In this document: piece by piece, positions 37,481 to 43,793 of the stretch
Position numbering within the stretch: position 1 is the first letter of the stretch
Layout: each line of letters opens with the position of its first letter
DNA from: an uncultured Thiotrichaceae bacterium
GTDB taxonomy: Bacteria; Pseudomonadota; Gammaproteobacteria; SZUA-229
Assembly (NCBI GenBank): GCA_964421315.1
Contig: CAYQXD010000004.1
Coordinates: 1-43,793 of the forward strand
Length of the DNA: 43,793 nt
Direction: 5' to 3'
Notes under the pieces: generated by a model
What the model saw: the letters and a program-made list of their open reading frames with translations, nothing else
Told to the model about the DNA's origin: nothing
The model's database searches: none
Translations under genes and position numbers: made by a program

Positions 37481-38750
37481 GGCAGTAACAAAGACTCTGG
37501 TGCCTGATTTGCGTTTTCCTGAGTTTCGAGTTGCGGGGGAGTGGGGGGAAAAGAACCTAGGTGAATTAGCAAGTTTTTTTAAGGGAAAAGGATTACCTAA
37601 AAGTGCAGTTACGCATAATGGGAAAAACCTATGTATTCATTACGGTGAACTATTTACAAAATATTCGGAAGTTATAGAAAAAATCAAAAATCGCACTGAT
37701 TTTGATAATGGTTTCTTGTCAAAAAATAATGATGTACTTATGCCTACATCAGATGTTACTCCGAATGGGCTGGCAAAGGCATGTTGCGTAAAGTTAGATG
37801 GCGTTGTTCTTGGTGGTGATATTCTTGTTATTAGAGTGGATAAATTAGAAGTTAATGGTGAGTTTTTAAGTCGTTATATTAGATTCAAAGAGCAAAAAGT
37901 TCTTCAGCTTGTTACAGGCTCTACCGTTTTTCATTTATATGCATCTGCAATTGAAAAGCTAATGATTGCAATTCCACATATTAATGAACAACAAAAAATC
38001 GCCAATTGCCTGTCTTCCCTCGACGAGCTAATCACCACCCAAGCCAAAAAAATCGAATCACTCAAAGCCCATAAAAAAGGCCTGATGCAGCAGCTTTTCC
38101 CAGCCGAAGGCGAAACCGTCCCTAAACTACGCTTTCCTGAGTTTCGGGATGCGGGGGAGTGGAATGTCTCAACAATGGAGGGAATATCTTCAATTTCTTC
38201 AGGTGGTACTCCTAGCCGTACAAAAACTGACTATTGGAACGGTAAAACTCCTTGGGTCACGACAACCCTGATTGACTTCAATACTATAACGCTTGTGAAT
38301 GAATATATCACTGAAGCAGGGCTTCAAAATTCATCAGCCAAAATTTTTCCTAAGAACACAATTCTAATGGCGATGTATGGACAAGGAAAAACAAGAGGAA
38401 AGGTGGCAATATTAGGTGTTCAAGCAGCTATCAACCAAGCTTGTGCGGCTATTACTTTAAAAAAAGGAATTAATACAGACTTTGTGTTTCAAAATTTAGC
38501 TGCTCGTTATGATGAAATACGAAGAATAAGTAATCAAGGAGGCCAAGAGAATTTGAGCGGAACTCTCATTAAAAAAATACCTTTTACATACCCCGATGCT
38601 CAAACCAACGAACAACAAAAAATCGCCAATTGCCTGTCTTCCCTAGACGAGCTGATTACCACCCAAGCCCAAAAAATCGAATCACTCAAAGCCCATAAAA
38701 AAGGCCTGATGCAGCAGCTTTTCCCTGCCACGAACGAGGTGAATGGATGA
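37473..38750 (+). CDS. hsdS: Type I R-M specificity subunit
   Basis: Two TRDs bounded by repeated P.LRFPEF and EQQKIANCLSSLDELI...KKGLMQQLFP; ATG at 37473 overlaps the hsdR end. Confidence 0.96.
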   Translation: MSEAVTKTLVPDLRFPEFRVAGEWGEKNLGELASFFKGKGLPKSAVTHNGKNLCIHYGELFTKYSEVIEKIKNRTDFDNGFLSKNNDVLMPTSDVTPNGLAKACCVKLDGVVLGGDILVIRVDKLEVNGEFLSRYIRFKEQKVLQLVTGSTVFHLYASAIEKLMIAIPHINEQQKIANCLSSLDELITTQAKKIESLKAHKKGLMQQLFPAEGETVPKLRFPEFRDAGEWNVSTMEGISSISSGGTPSRTKTDYWNGKTPWVTTTLIDFNTITLVNEYITEAGLQNSSAKIFPKNTILMAMYGQGKTRGKVAILGVQAAINQACAAITLKKGINTDFVFQNLAARYDEIRRISNQGGQENLSGTLIKKIPFTYPDAQTNEQQKIANCLSSLDELITTQAQKIESLKAHKKGLMQQLFPATNEVNG

Positions 38751-38791
38751 CTAAGTTGCTTACAGAAAAAAATAATAGAGACTAACGAATC

Positions 38792-40399
38792 ATGACCGAA
38801 CAACAACTAAACAAACTGGGCAGTACACTTTGGGGCATCGCCGATCAACTGCGCGGTGCCATGAATGCCGACGACTTTCGCGATTATATGTTGTCGTTTC
38901 TGTTCTTGCGTTATCTTTCAGATAACTATGAAAGCGCGGCGCAAAAAGAATTGGGAACAGATTACCCCCAGCTTGAAGATGATAATAAACGTGCCCCGTT
39001 AACCGTGTGGTATAAGCAAAACGCAGAGGATATCGTAGCGTTTGAAAAACAGATGCGCCGCAAGGTGCATTATGTAATTGAACCACAGCACCTGTGGAGC
39101 AGTATATCGGATCTGGCCAGAACTCAGCACGATGATTTATTGCTGACTTTACAGGCAGGCTTTAAATACATTGAAAACCAATCCTTTGAAAATAATTTTC
39201 AGGGTTTATTTTCGGAAATTAATCTCGATTCTGAAAAACTGGGCAAAAATTACAGCGCCCGCAATGCCAAACTCTGTACCATTATTCAAAAAATCGCCGA
39301 GGGTATTGCTGATTTTTCCTCCAGTAGCGATGTATTGGGTGATGCCTATGAATACCTAATCGGGCAATTTGCCGCAGGTTCGGGTAAAAAAGCCGGTGAG
39401 TTTTATACACCACAGCAAATATCGACGATACTTTCTGAAATTGTCACGTTGGATAGTCAGGATCCTAAAACGGGCAAAAAGAAAAAGCTGAATAAGGTAC
39501 TGGATTTTGCCTGTGGCTCCGGTTCGCTATTGTTAAACGTGCGTAATCAGTTGGGGGCGCATGGTATTGGTAAGATCTACGGCCAGGAAAAAAACATTAC
39601 CACCTATAACCTGGCTCGCATGAATATGTTGTTGCACGGGGTTAAGGATTCTGAATTTGAAATCCACCATGGCGATTCCCTGCTGAATGACTGGAATTTG
39701 TTAAATGAAATGAACCCGGCGAAAAAACAGGAATACGATGCTGTTGTGGCTAATCCGCCCTTTAGTTACCGCTGGGAACCCTCAGAAGCCTTAGGCGAAG
39801 ATTTTCGTTTTAAAAGCTATGGTCTTGCGCCTAAATCGGCGGCCGATTTTGCCTTTTTGCTGCACGGTTTTCACTTTCTTGGTGATGAAGGCACGATGGC
39901 GATTATCTTACCTCATGGGGTGTTGTTTCGTGGCGGTGCTGAAGCGCGTATTCGTAGCAAGCTGCTAAAAGATAATCATATTGATACCGTGATTGGTTTA
40001 CCGGCAAATCTGTTTTTCTCCACCGGCATTCCCGTTTGTATCCTGGTGCTGAAAAAATGTAAAAAATTTGATGACGTATTGTTTGTCAATGCAAGCGAAC
40101 ATTTTGAGAAAGGCAAACGCCAAAACCGCTTGTTGCCAGAACACATTGATAAAATTATTGGTGCTTATCAATATCGCAAGGAAGAGCAACGCTATTCCCG
40201 CCAGGTGTCGATGGAGGAAATTGAAAAGAATGATTTTAATCTTAATATTTCAAGATATGTCAGCACTGCTAAGCCAGAACCGATTGTAGATTTGCAGGCA
40301 GTGAATGAAGAGCTTCTGAAAATAGACAAAAATTCGCAGGAAGCAGCTCAAAGACATAATCAGTTCCTTAAAGAGCTAGGCTTGCCACCTGTAATTTGA
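38792..40399 (+). CDS. hsdM: Type I R-M m6A methyltransferase
   Basis: GEFYTP, DFACGSGSLL, NPPF, LPHGVLFRG, NLNISRYV. Confidence 0.97.
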   Translation: MTEQQLNKLGSTLWGIADQLRGAMNADDFRDYMLSFLFLRYLSDNYESAAQKELGTDYPQLEDDNKRAPLTVWYKQNAEDIVAFEKQMRRKVHYVIEPQHLWSSISDLARTQHDDLLLTLQAGFKYIENQSFENNFQGLFSEINLDSEKLGKNYSARNAKLCTIIQKIAEGIADFSSSSDVLGDAYEYLIGQFAAGSGKKAGEFYTPQQISTILSEIVTLDSQDPKTGKKKKLNKVLDFACGSGSLLLNVRNQLGAHGIGKIYGQEKNITTYNLARMNMLLHGVKDSEFEIHHGDSLLNDWNLLNEMNPAKKQEYDAVVANPPFSYRWEPSEALGEDFRFKSYGLAPKSAADFAFLLHGFHFLGDEGTMAIILPHGVLFRGGAEARIRSKLLKDNHIDTVIGLPANLFFSTGIPVCILVLKKCKKFDDVLFVNASEHFEKGKRQNRLLPEHIDKIIGAYQYRKEEQRYSRQVSMEEIEKNDFNLNISRYVSTAKPEPIVDLQAVNEELLKIDKNSQEAAQRHNQFLKELGLPPVI

Positions 40400-40407
40400 C
40401 GAATGAC

Positions 40408-40452
40408 TAATAACAAGGCGCTCGTTTACGCCGCACAGCTTGGTCGTTATGT
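40408..40452 (+). other. Collapsed (45-bp) attC-like remnant after hsdM
   Basis: TAATAACAAGGCGCT...CGCCGCACAGCTTGGTCGTTATGT: both attC-type ends present 8 bp after the stop codon, centre missing. Confidence 0.6.
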
Positions 40453-40657
40453 TTAGCGAAGATAAATAGGGTTTAACTACAAAAGCGGTAAAAAACGCCC
40501 ACTTACCTGCCTTAACCCATTGGTGTGCAACAGAAACACATGAACTCTTTGGATTTACTTAAGCGGTAATTTCAAATAAAAATAAAAAGTAAAGAATCCA
40601 TAGCCTACCGATTAATAGAATTTGCTAAATACTAATTTACATAATGATGGAAAAGAT

Positions 40658-41227
40658 ATGACTGTACTTGAATACAAAATAAACGATCACCCTGGTGGAT
40701 TTGTTGGGTTTAGGGTTGCTCGTACAATTGGTGAAGAAAAGAATTACAAACAAAAATACTTTTCAGCGAAAAAGCATGGTTACGCTAATGCCAAAATTCT
40801 TGCTAACGATCAAGATAGTCAGTGGTTAATGCAGGCTGAAAAAGTCCGTTTTCAATCCAAAAGAAACACCTCTCGAAAAAATCGTAATATAAATATAATT
40901 GTAGATGGGCTGAGAGCTTATATATCGACAGAAAATAGAATTAGAGATGGGAAGAAAAAAACGTATTTTACACCGTGTTTTTTAGTAAAAAAAATCGGGG
41001 CAGGGCAACCTAGCATTATGTTTCGTACAAATAAGCATGGCTACAAAAAGGCCTATATACTGGCGGTTAAAAAATTAGCAGAAATACAGGATTTACCAGC
41101 GACTAAAGCACTTTCTATTATGGCGGCTATGCCAGATAAAAAAATCTTTACTGGGTACTTGCTTGATAATATCCGCAAGCGAGATCATACGCTGTCGAAA
41201 AAAGAGCTTTTATCTAAATTACAGTAA
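40658..41227 (+). CDS. Basic hypothetical protein with two AP2-like repeats
   Basis: Repeated F...KHGY..A..LA motif; K/R-rich; likely start MTVLEY. Confidence 0.5.
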   Translation: MTVLEYKINDHPGGFVGFRVARTIGEEKNYKQKYFSAKKHGYANAKILANDQDSQWLMQAEKVRFQSKRNTSRKNRNINIIVDGLRAYISTENRIRDGKKKTYFTPCFLVKKIGAGQPSIMFRTNKHGYKKAYILAVKKLAEIQDLPATKALSIMAAMPDKKIFTGYLLDNIRKRDHTLSKKELLSKLQ

Positions 41228-41256
41228 AAATTAATGATATTACACATAACAATACG

Positions 41257-41343
41257 GGGTAGTTACCTCATAGCTACGTAAAGTGCCAACTACTTTTAAG
41301 GAAACACCAACCGCGTCATCATGTGCGCGGTCTCCGCATTTAA
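41257..41343 (-). pseudogene. 3' remnant of a paralogous resolvase gene plus downstream flank
   Basis: Encodes LNAETAHMMTRLVFP* versus LNAETAHMMTRVVFS* of 41434..42114; flank also resembles 41382..41420; cut by the Tn3-like IR. Confidence 0.85.
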
Positions 41344-41433
41344 TGGGGTTTGAAGTCCAACGGTGCGAAAAGTTACTCTAAGGGTAGCTACCTCATAGCC
41401 ACATAAAGTGCCAACTTATTTGACTGTATCGCT

Positions 41434-42114
41434 TTAGCTAAACACCACCCGCGTCATCATATGCGCGGTCTCCGCATTTAACACTTTTGTATAGATTTCA
41501 GTGGATCGCCGGTCTTTGTGGCCGAGCCACTGCTGTAATACCGGCACGTCCACGCAATGCAATACACAGTTCACCGCAAAACTGTGGCGTAACACATGAC
41601 AACTCACTTCAATACTCAATGGGCTGCCCTGGGCTTTTAATGTATCCGCTGCCGCCTTTAGCCAGCGATCCGCCGTTGCTCTTGAAATAGCAAATAACGG
41701 CTCATGTTTGCCGCGCCGGTGGGTAGCCAGGTAACGTAAGGTCTCCTCGATGTAGTCACCATCATACACCGGCAACAAGCGTTGTTTAATGGCACCGGCT
41801 TTGGGTCGCCCGCGTTTTTGTTTTAAAGTCGGTAAAACAATCTCAGGATGTTTACCGTCGAAATAAAAATGCGCGGGGGTCAGGCTCAGCACTTCACTAA
41901 TGCGACCACCGGTGTGCCACAATGTATTAATCAAAAAATGGTGAATATCATTTTTTGTGGCATTGAGCAGATTGGTGATTTCGGGTTTGAGTAAGTAGGG
42001 GGGCAGGCTGTGTTCTTCCAGTAACAATGACCGCCGCCTGGATAAATAATAATCCCAGTCAATTAGCAACGATTGTGGAACGGGTATAGTTTGTTGCTGT
42101 GTTAATTGATGCAT
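41434..42114 (-). CDS. ResD/TnpS-like tyrosine recombinase (resolvase)
   Basis: LWHTGGRISE, TLKQ, HVLRHSFA, LQQWLGH....STEIY. Confidence 0.92.
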   Translation of the reverse strand: MHQLTQQQTIPVPQSLLIDWDYYLSRRRSLLLEEHSLPPYLLKPEITNLLNATKNDIHHFLINTLWHTGGRISEVLSLTPAHFYFDGKHPEIVLPTLKQKRGRPKAGAIKQRLLPVYDGDYIEETLRYLATHRRGKHEPLFAISRATADRWLKAAADTLKAQGSPLSIEVSCHVLRHSFAVNCVLHCVDVPVLQQWLGHKDRRSTEIYTKVLNAETAHMMTRVVFS

Positions 42115-42128
42115 TTTACTTTATGCGC

Positions 42129-42380
42129 TTATTGAGCGTCCAGCGTTGGCCATTTGCCACCGCTATGCAATATCTCCAGGATGGCTTTTTCTGGATTGCT
42201 ATGGCTATATTTACCCCAATACTGCAGCAATCGAGGTTGGCTTAAACGATTATGAGGCATACCGATGTCTAACGCCGTGATGAACGCATAAAGCTGATCT
42301 TGCGAGGCACACACTTGTATATTGCATTGTGCATTGGCATCGTCATAAACCAGATTATCGTCGTCATTAACTATTTTCAT
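42129..42380 (-). CDS. Hypothetical protein upstream of the resolvase
   Basis: 83-aa ORF with RBS AGGAG. Confidence 0.6.
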   Translation of the reverse strand: MKIVNDDDNLVYDDANAQCNIQVCASQDQLYAFITALDIGMPHNRLSQPRLLQYWGKYSHSNPEKAILEILHSGGKWPTLDAQ

Positions 42381-42882
42381 TTTTAGTCTCCTTTTTATCC
42401 CGCGTTAATGATAGCAAATCAACGCCCATAATGAAACAAAAAAACAGTTATTAGTAGTATTGTATCATTATTAAATCATTAAAAAACCGCCTGGGCAGCT
42501 GGCCACCGTTGCTGCAGCGGCTCCGGAGCCGGTGCTGGCAAAGCCACCTGGAGCCGCGAAAAAGGCTTTATTGGTAGGTTAAATCGAATTTAAGGAAAAA
42601 CCCGAAAAGCGCTGAAGTCGCAAATGCGGAAAATAAAGGCCATGAGACAAACTAGGGGGTTTTGTCTCAGTTAACAAGGAATAAGGACTATTTAGGGTTT
42701 TGTGTGAAACGCCGACAAAAGTACCCGTCGTCATTGTTGTTATTGGCCGTGTGTGCAAGATTATAGTTTGCCCGCATTATGGAAGCATAAGCTGACCATA
42801 TTGACTAATTTTCCTGAGTTTTGGTGTATCTGTCACAAAAACTGCTTAGAGTAACTTTTCGCACCATTGGACTTCAAACCCC

Positions 42883-42945
42883 TTAGAGATGGTGCTTATT
42901 GGAATCCTGATACGGCTAAACAATTTAGGGGTTGACACCATAGTC
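42883..42945 (+). mobile_element. Probable IS110-family 3' end remnant inserted in an attC
   Basis: Reads (L)RDGAYWNPDTAKQFRG*, resembling IS110 transposase C-termini; ends TTGACACCATAGTC about 4 bp from the cassette R''. Confidence 0.5.
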
Positions 42946-42959
42946 ACTTGTTAGGCATT

Positions 42960-43529
42960 TTAAAACATTTGCAAATTTTCAATTGCCTTTGAAAGCTCGT
43001 GATGCATTACCAACTGAAACTCACCAGTTGTATAGGCATTAGGCATACCAATTGAACTGCTATAAAATTTCTCACCTGGACGAGTTTCTGCATCTGCGAA
43101 TTGAAAACTAACTGCTTCACCAAGATCTCTGCCTAGTTGTCCATATTGACGATTAGCAACTGCATAATCATCATATCCTGCAGCTTCTGCTAAATGAGTA
43201 TATGTAATTGATCTATTAGGTGCTTCAAAATGCGCTTTAAGCATCATTTTCTGTTTGTCAGTTATGGAAATTTGATTTAGAGCTTTTTCATATGTTTCTG
43301 AGTTGATTACGGTCATGATTACCTTCCTACTTGCTTTTGGTTTGGATTTATTGAAAAAGCGATATATTTTAGTGTGATCTGCCTGGACTCCTCTTTCAGC
43401 AAGGAAATCTGATATATCACGCCATGTATATCCCTTATCGCGTAGAAGTAGAATTGCCTCACGATGAGTTTCAAGTGACCCCTTTGCTGGGGCGGATTTT
43501 GCATCGGTTAAGATATTTTCTGTCTTCAT
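42960..43529 (-). CDS. Gene cassette encoding an N-terminal HTH protein
   Basis: Entry core GTTAGGCA (43583..43576) and exit R'' TGCCTAAC (42957..42950) are complementary; HTH-like LRDKGYTWRDISDFL. Confidence 0.75.
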   Translation of the reverse strand: MKTENILTDAKSAPAKGSLETHREAILLLRDKGYTWRDISDFLAERGVQADHTKIYRFFNKSKPKASRKVIMTVINSETYEKALNQISITDKQKMMLKAHFEAPNRSITYTHLAEAAGYDDYAVANRQYGQLGRDLGEAVSFQFADAETRPGEKFYSSSIGMPNAYTTGEFQLVMHHELSKAIENLQMF

Positions 43530-43583
43530 GCTTTTAGACTACAACAATATGCAACAGATAGCAACAGTTGTTTTTTGCCTAAC

Positions 43584-43738
43584 GAGGCTGTAGAAAAACC
43601 CCGAAATTGTTGGATTTAAGCAGTTTTGGAAAAAAGCATAAAAGCTTAAGTCCACATATCACTTTGAGTCCAACTTAATTTAAAGCCATATGCATAGCTT
43701 TTTAGTTAATTACATTCTGTGATCAGCTAAATATTTTT
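43584..43738 (-). mobile_element. Probable IS end (IS1182-like) abutting the cassette core site
   Basis: GAGGCTGTAGAAAAA terminus sits where the upstream attC should be, immediately before GTTAGGC. Confidence 0.4.
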
Positions 43739-43793
43739 GCCTCGTCAGAAAAATTTGTGGGCAGTTTCTGGCACCGGTAACGCCCCCAACGTA
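43739..43793 (-). mobile_element. ISL3-family transposase C-terminus and right end (truncated by window)
   Basis: Minus strand encodes TLGALPVPETAHKFF* followed by CGAGGC, resembling ISL3 ends. Confidence 0.6.

Larger units (their letters stand above)
41345..42882. mobile_element. Non-autonomous Tn3-family element with 38-bp terminal inverted repeats
   Basis: GGGGTTTGAAGTCCAAyGGTGCGAAAAGTTACTCTAAG at 41345..41382 and inverted at 42845..42882 (1 mismatch); no transposase inside. Confidence 0.88.

Noticed and set aside
34504-40289. Many short alternative-frame and antisense ORFs within hsdRSM (also within intI and the T4SS genes)
   Set aside because: Shadow ORFs inside well-supported genes, with no independent evidence.
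41340-42887. 5-bp target site duplication around the Tn3-like element
   Set aside because: TTAAT and TTAGA do not match.
43595-43605. AAAACCCCGAA resembling an iteron
   Set aside because: Lacks the GGTGTGT half and lies inside a probable IS end; likely chance.

Overview
AT-rich segment of a probable conjugative plasmid from a gammaproteobacterium (inferred from gene content). The backbone has an RPA-family repA with 8 iterons and DnaA boxes, parAB, a minimal VirB/VirD4 type IV secretion operon, two Replic_Relax/MOB_C-like proteins, a leading-region-type block (ssDNA-promoter-like hairpin, ardC, hicAB, radC, korC-like, csrA) and three toxin-antitoxin pairs. The most striking feature is the integron layout. 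One unusually long integron integrase (463 aa, extra N-terminal domain) sits beside attI-1 (844..944), whose cassette array runs off the left edge. A second, nearly identical attI (30642..30742; 97/101 bp, inverted, no integrase gene) lies 30 kb away and heads its own array: a Lamassu defence cassette with an intact attC, a serine-protease cassette, and a type I restriction-modification operon ending in a collapsed attC. Further cassette remnants lie at 7.2-8.5 kb and 42.9-43.6 kb. The right end is a nest of mobile-element fragments: a transposase-less Tn3-like element with 38-bp IRs, plus probable IS110, IS1182-like and ISL3 ends. Family assignments come from recognised motifs, not database searches.
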